DNA of 62,948 bases, filler included, from Sphacelaria rigidula (Eukaryota), in the NCBI GenBank assembly GCA_964200075.2. It is 5 parts of 5 records of this genome, joined end to end, with 100 filler letters (N's around TTAATTAATTAA, not from the genome) between each part and the next. Parts side by side here need not be neighbours in the genome. Positions count along the whole stretch, not along the records: positions 1 to 12,512 come from CAXNAA020003680.1; 4 more parts are not named here. One strand, 5' to 3'. Positions 1 through 9,948 of the stretch are shown piece after piece. The position numbers and the translations under genes were made by a program. The number at the start of each line of letters is the position of its first letter. Position 1 is the first letter of the stretch. The notes below the pieces were generated by a model, which worked only from the letters and a program-made list of their open reading frames with translations, was not told the origin of the DNA and did no database searches.

Positions 1-400
1 TTGTGCTGTGTGGCGCCCGCCCCAGACCGTTTTTGTTTTGTTTTTTTCTTTCACTCCCCACTTCAGCGGTCATTCTTTTTTTCCCCCCCCCCCCCCCCCC
101 CCCAAGTCAGCCCAAGACCCCACAAGAAAAATGACCATACAACGCATGATAGCTTGTTTCAGACTGCATGAGTCGCCTCATAGGGGCGACGTTGGCAAAA
201 CCGATCCCAAGCGTGATAGTTCTCAGCTGCTTGGTGTGCTCGGCATTTCTCGTTTCTATTCGCAAGTAGATTTGCCTCCTCAAATCAGTCCCTCTTCTTG
301 GGAGGGGCTGTCGCGACATCAATGTAGTGCAGCGTGCCGCAATGTTCTCGAAACTGCGTTCATCGCGACTGAACGGTTGGTCGAAGTCACGCCTACTTAA

Positions 401-1282
401 TGTTAGAATTCTGGCGTTTCAGTGTGATGTGTAGTTTGTCTCACAACACGTAAGCACCACATGTGTATGTCATCGACCGAGTCAAGTGCATACCATCGAT
501 AAATAGATGCACATCGGTTTAAATATTCGGAATTATGTTTGATACAGAGTGAAACGATTGTTCTGGGTAGGCCAACATGACACGATGGATGTACAGTCGT
601 TTCAACTACAGAGAGAACGCATGGTATATACAGGCCAAACTGCGTTGTAAACAAGTGTGCCGGATGCAGGCCATAAATTGGTGAGAACGGTCGCAGGGTT
701 GAACACAAAGTCCAGACGGTAAAATTAAAACCTGGACTGATGACGAATACTGCACACATATGTTACACGGTTGAACGTATAAGGCTTGTAGGTTTGACAG
801 AGATGTCATGTCAAGCTTGTATGAGTGAAGGGATTTGGATAAAAAACAGTTAGTTTAAAACGTCTTTTCGCAAACTTGTCATGTGTGATACACAGAAGGC
901 TAGTCAAAGATCGAATTCGACTGTTCCAGTGTTCAAAGCAAGGGCTATATAGATCATTTTTTTGTGCATCCTCGAATTGGATACATGTTTAGCTGTCTCT
1001 TACAGAGATTATCACAGTTAATTTTGGTTTAGACTCATACAAATCGTTGTGTTTTCATCTCTCCTGGCAAGAGCATCGAGATTATGTATATTAATAAAAC
1101 AAATATTCACTAGGATTTCTTGTGCCCAATCAGGGAAATGATTGACCTATGCGAGAAAGCTTGCGTTACACTCGACAGCAAGATGATGTCACTCTGCTTG
1201 TACGCCGGTCAATAGTTCATGCGACTACTATTTGACATACTGTTTCCGCAGTTCGCACACAGCTGACCAATAAATTCCAACA
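401..1282 (+). mobile_element. 5' LTR of Copia element 1
   Basis: Begins TGTTAGAATT and ends AATTCCAACA (imperfect terminal inverted repeat, TG...CA). Immediately followed by a PBS-like GGTTATGCGCC and then gag-like sequence. Confidence 0.65.
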
Positions 1283-1294
1283 GGTTATGCGCCT
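1283..1294 (+). promoter_or_regulatory. Primer-binding site, internal half-tRNA-iMet type (copia/Ty5-like)
   Basis: GGTTATGCGCCT directly abuts the LTR-terminal CA and resembles the GGTTATGGGCCC PBS of Drosophila copia-type elements. Confidence 0.6.
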
Positions 1295-1561
1295 CGACCT
1301 ACGCAGGAATATCATCAACGAAATAGGGGTAGCCAGAGCCAAGATATCAAGCTCTAGCAGCTTCGAAACTTGAAGGAGCAATGTCACCAGATCCGCCAGA
1401 CATGGAGCTAAAGTGGGCCAGGCGTCATCGTGGCAGCCGCTGCCAATGATATCGTACCAAAGTATTTCAAGATTTGATATGTTTCCGAGGAGTTTCCAAG
1501 ATCGGTCACGAATATTCAGGAATTTGTTCACAGGGGCATCGAGAAATAGCTTTTGCAACAT

Positions 1562-1788
1562 TGTAATGCGTGAGAGGACCGCGTGCTGAGAGGACCGCGT
1601 GCTGAGAGGACCGCGTCATAGTTCGAAACACCTCAGGATCGACGTTTTTCAAGTTTAGTCGAGTCAGTCCCTGAAGGGACCACGCCCCTGACTCTAACCC
1701 CAACACTAACCCTAACCCTAACCCTCACAACAGCGATGTTAAAATTCAGATGCGGTCCTCTAAGCACGCGGTCCTCTCACGCAGTACA
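1562..1788 (+). mobile_element. Telomere-repeat-carrying TIR element (MITE), copy 1
   Basis: TGTAATGCGTGAGAGGACCGCGTGC...GCACGCGGTCCTCTCACGCAGTACA with an internal CTAACC tract. Perfect 5-bp TSD AACAT (1557-1561 and 1789-1793). Inserted in the Copia gag region. Confidence 0.9.
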
Positions 1789-2212
1789 AACATTCTGAGC
1801 GGAAAATTCGCCCCCACACCAACCGCAACAGACGTTGCTGTGATTGAAAATTCGCAGAAGACAAACAAAAAGCTGTTCAGTTTTTGACCTGACGACGAGT
1901 GGCTCGGCACAAGTCTTCCTCCAGGCATACGAGGTCAAGGCTGGGCGTGCTGGAGACGGACGACAGCTGACAATCCACGGAAAAGCCGATGGGCAAGATA
2001 TCGGAACTTGAGCAAAAAATGTCAATGACTCTCTCCGAGAGCACATCTCCATCAAGTGAGCATGTGGCTGCAACATTTCCATCTAGCAAGCCTCCTACTC
2101 CACCACCGCGGGGGTCGACGACAATGACCACAGCCAAAAGTCTACCGGGATTGATAATCCAGGCTCAACCCCATCGCAAAAGTGGCACTGGTATCGCTCA
2201 GGAACTACACTA

Positions 2213-2469
2213 GAGTGATGCTGCGATAGGGTCAGCACTTTTACGGCCTGAGAGTAGAATTGTTAGGAACCCTTTATCTCATCCAAAACACGACTTTCGA
2301 AATAGATGAGAGTATGCCAGGGTTTTCTTCCAATTTGCTAGGGATATCCCGAATGAATTTGCAACCGGGGATATCCTGATCCATATTCTTGTGTAGTTCC
2401 TAATTTTAGGAACCCCTGAATCAGGCCGATTTTGGCCCCAAAAGTGCAGACCCTATCGCAGCATCACTC
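2213..2469. mobile_element. MITE with GAG...CTC termini (Sola2-like?)
   Basis: ~29-bp TIRs GAGTGATGCTGCGATAGGGTCAGCACTTT / AAAGTGCAGACCCTATCGCAGCATCACTC. Flanks ACTA/ACCA (4-bp TSD with one mismatch). Confidence 0.75.
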
Positions 2470-4318
2470 ACCACCCCAGAATCTGCATTCTGATGGAATG
2501 AGCTGGAACAAAGTAGTCATGTGGAGCACACGATCAGCTACTACGGTGAGAAGCGCTCACGAGGAAGGTAGCAATAATTGACGAGAAGATGAACAGCTGA
2601 GAGGAATGCGATCGTTACTAGCAGCCCCCCTCGCCCGAGTCGCAATCAAGATGGCACCAAAGGTGGTGGGGGTGTTTCCAGTGGTACTGTAGCGGACAAG
2701 AATTACGAGAATAGCTGTACGAAAAACTTGGATAAGAAGTACGACGGCATGGTGAAATCGCAGCGTGTTCGTCGATTGGTGTGCAACAAAGTAAGAAGGA
2801 TCCGGTGGGAGAGCGTGAAATCAGTAATGATGTTACTAAGGTTCGGATAGCCGAAGCTTCAGTGCAAAAGGGCGTTCCCTGTACTAGCTTCCGGTAGAGC
2901 TGACTCACGCGAGACTACGGTAGGCATCGACCACCCCCGCGATTGATTGCGGATGCTGACGCAGGCAAATAAAGTAGTGAAGACAAGGAACGTCACCTGG
3001 GAGGCGCCGCCGGTCATGGTGGTGCCGTCGGTACAACTGCAGCACCTGGCTTCGCCGAAGGTGGCAGGGGCATCAGAGCTGGGAGGGACGGCACTGTCGA
3101 GAGGGACATCGGAGCTGGGAGAGACTCCGGAGCCGGGAGGGCTAGATGATTTCGATTCTGCTCCACCGACTCCACTGCCCCCAATACTGGGGAGAGGAAC
3201 CCCCCTATCAGCGTCGAGTGATTTTTTCAGCGAAGAATGCAGACTATGGTGGTGAAGGTGAGCGAGGTTCTCTTGGTGATGAAATCAGCCCGCCCCCGAC
3301 AGCACAGCTTATTTTCTAGGCGTTTATTTGCTATCGGTGAGTAGTGAGCCGTCTGCCGACGGCAAACCCTCAGTGTCGTCTTCATGAGGAGAAAATATTT
3401 CACTTCCAACGGCAGCGCGGACTGCGGCGCGACAACTTGAGTGCAATTTGATTGGATTTGGAAATGATGAGGAGCTTGAGCGAACCAGACCGCAGACGCG
3501 AGCACTCAATCGAGAAGCATCTGGGCTCGTGACTATGTTAGAGCCCAATAAAGGGGGGCAAAATAGTCCATGGACAACTGGCGATACAAGAGGTTACCCA
3601 TATACTGGGCGAGCTCCCTAAATGTCTCGTCAAGGAAGCGGGGTCGGAGCTTTTGTCATACCCTACGGCGTGTTCATCACCACAGTCGGATGTGGATGGA
3701 GGCAACGAGGATAGAGTGCGATGGGCTTATGGCTGCCGGAACGTCCGTGGACGTGACTGACATTCCAGCGGGGTGCAACACTGTGGGCGCTGAGTGGTTG
3801 TACGAGTGGAAGGGCTGTTCACAAGGTGTGGTTGACCGGGCTGAAGCCCATATGGTAGCCATGGGGTACAGTCAGGTAGAGGGAGTAGACTAGTTTGAGT
3901 CATTTGTCCCTACGGCATCTGCTACTCCAAGCAGGTTAGTAGCGACTATGGCATGTAAGCTTGACTAGAATTTAAGACGCTTAGATGTAGGCCACGTCAA
4001 AGTTGGACACCGATATCTACGTGCGCCTGCCCCTGCGTTGTGGATCAGTTTCTGGTAAGGTAGTGCGCCTTAACCAGGCTTTGTACGGTTTGAAGAAGAG
4101 TCGTCGTGCACGGTATCAACTGGTATCGTCAACCCTGGGGGAGTGTATTTTCGAGCAATGCTTGGTAGATCCCTGTATATTTCGACTGAGGGTTGCTGAT
4201 GACGTTGTGGCGTTGATGGTCTTTCATGTGGACGATATCATCATAGTAGCTACTGAGGAAGTGACTAAGGCAAAAGTCGGTGAACTCTGTAATGAGTGAG
4301 AGGACCACGCTCAGAGTT

Positions 4319-4529
4319 TGTAATGAGTGAGAGGACCGCGTGCTTAGAGGACCGCATCGGGATTCGAACATCGCTATGGTTAGGGTTAGTGTTGGGGTTA
4401 GTGTTGGGGCTAGGGTCAGGGGCGTTCTCCCTGTAGGGTCTGGCTCGATTGGCTTTGTAAAACGTCGATCCTGTGGTGTTTCGCACTATGGTGCGGTCCT
4501 CTAAGCACGTGGTCCTATCACGCATTACA
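4319..4529 (-). mobile_element. Telomere-repeat-carrying TIR element, copy 2 (inverted), preceded by an orphan TIR fragment at 4288-4310
   Basis: Same TIRs as copy 1; internal GGTTAGGGTTAG tract on the + strand. Confidence 0.85.
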
Positions 4530-4534
4530 AACTC

Positions 4535-4738
4535 TGTAATGCGTGAGAGGATCGCGTGCTTAGGGAACCGTATCGTAGTTCAAAACACCTCAGGATCAAT
4601 GTTTTCTAAAACAAATCAGGCTGGTCCCTGCAGGGACCACGCCCCTAACCCTAATCCCAATCCAACCCTAGCCCTAACCATAGCGTGGTTTAAAATCTGA
4701 TGCGGTCCTCTAAGCACGCGGTCCTCTCACGCATTACA
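4535..4738 (+). mobile_element. Telomere-repeat-carrying TIR element, copy 3
   Basis: TGTAATGCGTGAGAGG...CCTCTCACGCATTACA with a CCCTAA tract. Separated from copy 2 by only AACTC. Confidence 0.85.
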
Positions 4739-5853
4739 CTAGCAACCGACGTGCTGCTCATGGTTGATTCGGCTGATGAAGCGATATCGCTTTGCTTATA
4801 ATACAGAGTGATATGCAGCATACACACGGTCCACCATCACACATAGGGCCTATACGTGCATCGTTTGGGCTTGAAGCGTCTAATATAGAGTCTTTGCGAT
4901 GGGCCAATGCAGTTTCAGAACAGGCAGGAGGAACTTCGGGGCTTCTTGTGAATGGCAATTGGTGCTACTCTCAAATATGATCACCATGAACTCCGACAAA
5001 TATTCGTAGCCGTTTGCTCATGTTGGCTTCGATTCTAGGAAGAGTTGGACACCATCACCTTCTTGCATTCAAGAGTACTTCCATAAGCTGACCGTGGACG
5101 CTTGTCGTTCATAGAGAGAGGATATGGTGCCTTTTTTACTTTGAATAATAAGGATCATGCGGGTGTTCCAGTCTTTTCGTTTTTTTCTGCCGCTTCAAGG
5201 GATGATCCCACCCTCGAGGTCAAACAGAGAATGCTACCTCATGGTGTGCGCATTGGGCACAAAGTGGAGGGCCTCGGCACGCGATCGAGAGACGAGCGCC
5301 TGACGCACGTCAGTGCAAAAACGCGATATAGAACCACAAGGAGCGATTTGGAAAAAAAAGCCCAGACTAGTTAGTCTGCACGTTTGCGTTTGAAATTCGG
5401 TTTTATTGAAATTTTCTGTCCGATTTGCGAGGCAGTTCAACGAAATCGTGAACCGTGAACCATAATTTGTTTTCATTTTGTATATGGTGGAGTGCGCAAT
5501 GGGACGATCGCTTTTGGTGAGCAACGTGCTACGCGGAATTTGAGATAGAAAACGTGCCGCCATGGTTTGTTACCATAGGATACTGTGACCAGGTGACTAG
5601 GCCACGAAGCAGTAGATCTGGAGTGAAACCTGGCACTGGTAAGACTAACGCGTCAGCATTTTGACGAATAAACTGATATGAACTGGTTTGACGTACGTGT
5701 CTTTAGTGACGCCGAATTGATTTTTGTTCCAGAAGTGATCACAGCTCGGGTTCGACAATCTCGATGCTTTTCTGGTCTCACTCTCCCGACTCTCCTTCAG
5801 CCCCTCGCTGTGGGAATCTTAAAGAGACTGTGGTTACTATCATTTTCGCCCAA

Positions 5854-6243
5854 GAGTCATGCTACGATAGGGGGGGGGTATTTTGTGCCGTTTTCTTGCA
5901 CGAAATTCTACTTCAAATCGTCGTTAATAGCAGCAACGGTTGTTCAAACGCGCTTGCTTCCGACAAATAATGCGCATTCATACTGCTTGACACGGGGTTT
6001 ACCCAAACACAAGCGCACGGCGAGTGTGTCAGGTCGTCTGAAGCATTTATAAGCCCATTTTTTCGTGGAATCAAATACCCCCCCCCCCCCCCCCCCCCCC
6101 CACCCACGCCCACCCCCCNNNNNNNGGGTTTTCCAAAAAAAACGCCGCCGGGGGGGGGGCAACGTGTCCCGAAGAATTTAAAAACCCTTTTTTTTTAGTA
6201 AAAAAACCCCCCCCCCCCCCCCCCCCCTATCGTAGCATGACTC
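5854..6243. mobile_element. MITE with GAG...CTC termini and poly-G/poly-C subterminal runs
   Basis: TIRs GAGTCATGCTACGATAGGGGGGGG / CCCCCCCTATCGTAGCATGACTC. Perfect 4-bp TSD CCAA (5850-5853, 6244-6247). Contains a short N gap. Confidence 0.8.
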
Positions 6244-6429
6244 CCAAGCGCGCGTAAACACCACGTCTTTACATTCGTTTTTCGCTGCGAGACGTACGCC
6301 AACTTCGCAGTCACTTTGCATCCTCTGCAAGCAAGTCCAGTGAGACAGCACCGCACAATCCTCGATAGCCTTACAACGGCTTCACTATGGCAGAATTTGG
6401 GGGGCGGCTCGTCTGGCTGCGACTGGAAG

Positions 6430-6577
6430 CCGCCCAGCCGGTGGCGATCTATCTAAAGGGGATGCCGGTGGTATAGCGTGGCGTTCACGTAGCAGCAGGA
6501 CTTGGACTTGGAGACTGCTTCGTAGCTTTTGCAGCAGTCGACGCAGTAGCGGGTGGCGCTTAACCGACATATTTGGC
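6430..6577 (-). pseudogene. Possible B-box-like zinc-finger pseudo-exon
   Basis: After a CAG acceptor the minus strand reads (C)QICRLSATRYCVDCCKSYEAVSKSKSCCYVNATLYHRHPL*IDRH. Cys/His spacing is B-box-like, with an in-frame stop. Confidence 0.3.
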
Positions 6578-7112
6578 CTGGTAGCGACCGGCTGTTTACC
6601 TTGGGCAGATCATCGTTGAAACGGCCCGATTTTCACTCGAAACATGACTGCACGATCAGATGACCCACCCTGGCGGTCAAAAGGTTAACTCGTTGATCGT
6701 TGGGATGGGCCGTTCATGAATTTGGCACCAATCTCACTTCATAATGTCAGGAAGGAACAGACGACCCGCCCTGGCAGTCAGAGCCACTCTGGTTATCAGG
6801 GCTGAAGTAGGTGAAGTGCCATGAGTATGTGCCGTATGTCAGATCGAATTGCTCTTGAAACGGGTTGCAACCTGCAAGCTCCGATAGTTGATGGGCCGAG
6901 ACTTGGGTCAAACACCGGGAGGAACATGGTATAGGTAGGAATGCACATCGAAGACGACGCGCATCGTAACGTTGTAATGCGTGGGAGGACCGCGTCCTTG
7001 GAGGATCGCATTGTGGTTCAAATATCTCCAGGATCGAAGTTTTTCAAAACCAATCGGGCCAGTCACAGGGACTACGCCCCTCACCCTAACGCCAACACTA
7101 ACCCTTCTTGCA

Positions 7113-8006
7113 ACACGGGGTTTTACACATTAGAGATGGGTTTTTTATTGAGAGGATGAGGAACCGGAGAGTTGATATCTTCGTATCCACACCAAATAAT
7201 CTTCGGAATATAGTTTTATCTCGTCACTCGCTGGTTGCTATCGACAACTACTATACGACATACAAATGTGGATACTGATAAACGACATGTTGGGGTCCTA
7301 GATAAAGAGAAAATTTTGGGGAATTTAGATGATCCGATCAGATCGCCGGCATTCCCCGAAATTGGTTTTTCACCTAGGGACAGTCGGTTATCGAAATTGA
7401 GGATGCAGCTTTTCATCGAGGATGAGAACCCGGAGGATTGAGATCTTCGTATCTACACCAAATATTCGAAATGTGGTTCCATTTCTTCACACGCTGGTAG
7501 CTATTAACAACTGCTACACGCACTACAAGTTTGGATTTCGATAACCGAAGTGTTAGGGCCCTAGGTGAAAATCAATTTTGGGGAATTCCGGCGATCCAGT
7601 CGGATCACCTGAATTCCCCAAAATTGTTTCTTCATCTAGAACCCCAATATTTCGGTTATCGAAATCCAAACTCGTAGTGCGTGTAGCAGTTGTCGATAGC
7701 TACCAGCAGGTAAACGAATGGAACCATACTTCAAAGATATGGTGTGGATACGAAGACTTTGATCCTCCGGGTTCTCATCCTCAATGAAAAGCTCCATCCT
7801 CAATTCCGATGATCGGCTGTTTAGGACCCCGACATTTCGGTTATCGAAACCCAAATTTGTATGTCGTGAAATAGTTGTCAATACCTACCAGCGCGTGAAG
7901 AAATAGAACCATGTTTCGGAGATTCGGTGTGGATACGAAGATTTTGATCCTCCGGGTTTCTCATCCTCAAAAAACAAATTCATCCCCAATTTCTAAGATT
8001 CCGTGT
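7113..8006. mobile_element. Foldback (palindromic) element, doubled-arm form
   Basis: ACACGG...CCGTGT termini. Two direct copies of a module (ATCTTCGTATCYACACCAAA) are followed by two inverted copies (GGTGTGGATACGAAGA). Homologous to 44824-45266. Confidence 0.8.
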
Positions 8007-8026
8007 CCAGTCCTAACCCTAGCTGT

Positions 8027-8452
8027 AACAGCCTGGATCTATTTTTGAGGTTCAACATTTGGGTGAGGTTCAACTCGAAAATGGTGATTTCCCTGACCTA
8101 AAGTCATGACCAATGAATTTTATGTGGACAACCTCATGCCGCCCGACCTCCTTGAAACTATTTTTAGGGGTTGCCCGTCTTCCGTGCCCCCAAAGCGAAT
8201 ATATGCGAAAACACTAATTTCGGGCTAAAAATGTCATCTTCTTCGCCTCGAGATCGACGCAAAAAGGTGCTTTCGCACATACGCTTTTGCGGCACTGAAG
8301 ATGGGCAACCCTCAAAAATGTTTTTAAGGAGGTCGGTGGGCATGAGGTCGTCAATATGAGCCTCGTTGATCATGACTTTAGGCCAGGGAAAACACTGTTT
8401 TCGAGTTGAACATCGCCCAAATGTTGAACATCAAAAAATGATCCAGGCTGTT
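8027..8452. mobile_element. Palindromic MITE with ~180-bp arms
   Basis: AACAGCCTGGATC...TTGAGGTTCAACATTTGGG matches the reverse complement of CCCAAATGTTGAACATCAA...GATCCAGGCTGTT. Confidence 0.8.
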
Positions 8453-8635
8453 CTATGGTGGTGTCCAGACTCCGATGCGGTCCCCTAAGCACGCGGTCCT
8501 CTCACGCGTTACACTGGGTTCAAGTTGATTTTGCATGCGTGTTTGTGGGCTGTTCAAGTAATAGTCTCCACGTAGGGTGGGCTGGTGCGTTGCATAACAG
8601 ACGTCGGCACTTACCAAGTCTCTTCGTTGCTGTCG

Positions 8636-8875
8636 TCAGGACGGCGACCGAGAAAGAACGAACCGCTGCTCCAGTATCTCGGGCTCCCCACTTGTCCTCG
8701 CGATCATCAAAGCCGGGAAAATAATGATGCACCAGTCGCTTGGAGCATCACCGTCTATCGGCTCCGAGTGGATGTCTTCGTTGTATCGCTGTGTTGTACC
8801 GAGATCATCGGTGAACGTCACGGGAGGGTCCTGCAGACAGCAGTTCACCATGACTTTGATGTACGCCTTGATGAC
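8636..8875 (-). CDS. Terminal exon of a coiled-coil protein with a MIEAP/GIL1-IRKI-like C-terminal domain (tentative)
   Basis: After CCAG| it reads VIKAYIKVMVNCCLQDPPVTFTDDLGTTQRYNEDIHSEPIDGDAPSDWCIIIFPALM...RFVLSRSPS*. The phase does not match the upstream exon directly, so a small intervening exon or another acceptor is needed. Confidence 0.55.
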   Translation of the reverse strand, partial: VIKAYIKVMVNCCLQDPPVTFTDDLGTTQRYNEDIHSEPIDGDAPSDWCIIIFPALMIARTSGEPEILEQRFVLSRSPS

Positions 8876-8959
8876 CTGGCCAGATCGTTCCGTGATCACG
8901 AGAGACGGGCAAGAAATCGGTGAGAACATCGTATCACTCCTTTCAGTATAAGGCAAGGC

Positions 8960-9176
8960 TGTAATGCGTGAGAGGACCGCGCGCTTAGGGGACCGCATCA
9001 TAGTTCGAAACACCTCAGGATCGACGTTCTTCGAAACCAATCGAGCCAGTCCCCGCAGGGACCCTAACCCTGACCCTAACCCTAACCCTAATCCTAACCC
9101 TAGCCCTAACCCTAACCATGGGGGTGTTCAAACTCCGATGCGGTCCTCTAAGCACGCGGTCCTCCCACGCATTACA
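8960..9176 (+). mobile_element. Telomere-repeat-carrying TIR element, copy 5
   Basis: Full TIRs and the cleanest tract (about 9 CCCTAA-type hexamers, 9062-9117). Flanks AAGGC/AGGGT may be a decayed TSD. Confidence 0.9.
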
Positions 9177-9679
9177 AGGGTTTCTCGCCAAAAGACCCCA
9201 ACCCGTTCACGTGTGATATTTTGAGTTTTTCAAACACACCAAGTGTGATGAGTTCCTATGCCGTTGTTGAAGTAGTACATGCATACCACCTGCTACGATA
9301 ATCATACCCCCTTTTGCAACCCTCTTTGTGGAGAAGCGATGGTATGAAGTTTCACAGGAGGCATACATGAGAATCGGGGAATGAACGCATACCCCCATGC
9401 TCAATATGTCATTTTGCGTGCGGTTCAGAAATTCATCCTTCTCACCTTACCGAGCCCGCTCGCACTAAACGAGAGCGCAAGCAGTGAGGACCGAAGCATC
9501 GTAAAGGAGCAGAACCGTCGGCGAGAAAGCAACGCAAAGAGGCAAAGGAGGGGGGGGTGAGGGATGGGAGTGGGCCGGGGGTACCAAGTTCATTTTCAGC
9601 GTTGCATGTGGAGAGGATCCACTGTAAGTGGCATAACTCTTCATGACCCCGACACAGTTGGTCCATACATGGTCGTGTA

Positions 9680-9881
9680 TTGATGCGTGAGAGGACTACG
9701 TGCTTAGAAAACCGCATTGGAATTTGCATCCCTATGGTAAGGATTAGGGTTAGTGTTGAGGTTAGGGCCAGGGGTGTTGTCCCTGCAGGGTTTGGCCCGA
9801 TTAGTTTCGACAAACGTCGATCCTGAGGTGTTTCGAACGACGATGCGGTCCTCTAAGCATGCGGTCGTCTCACGCATCACA
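9680..9881 (-). mobile_element. Telomere-repeat-carrying TIR element, copy 6 (inverted)
   Basis: T(G)TGATGCGTGAGAGG...TCTCACGCATCACA with a TTAGGG tract. Perfect 5-bp TSD GTGTA (9675-9679, 9882-9886). Confidence 0.85.
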
Positions 9882-9948
9882 GTGTACCAACCTGCATGCC
9901 ACCCGCAAGCTCGGAATCTGGAAATAAAATCACAGCATCACAGCTCAC

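Larger units (their letters stand above)
1283..4287 (+). mobile_element. Decayed, internally deleted Ty1/Copia retrotransposon (gag remnant, integrase C-terminal tail, truncated RT)
   Basis: Gag-like AQVFLQAYEVKAGRAGDGRQ (~1906-1965). Integrase tail KVVKTRNVTWE (ORF 2947-3255). RT motifs EWLYEWK...AEAHMVAMGYSQVEGVD, IYVRLP...LNQALYGLKKS, DPCIF and FHVDD (3570-4287). Many stops and frameshifts; no protease or integrase core seen. Confidence 0.85.
6973..8513 (+). mobile_element. Telomere-repeat-carrying TIR element, copy 4, split by two nested foldback elements
   Basis: Left TIR and body at 6973-7104, a CCTAACCCTAG remnant at 8012-8022, and right body plus TIR at 8453-8513. Flanks AACGT/CTGGG do not form a TSD. 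Confidence 0.75.

Noticed and set aside
4265-4700. ORFs with PNPNPN repeats (also 8964-9224, and RVRVRAR at 37777-38124)
   Set aside because: These are translations of CCCTAA/TTAGGG tracts, not proteins.
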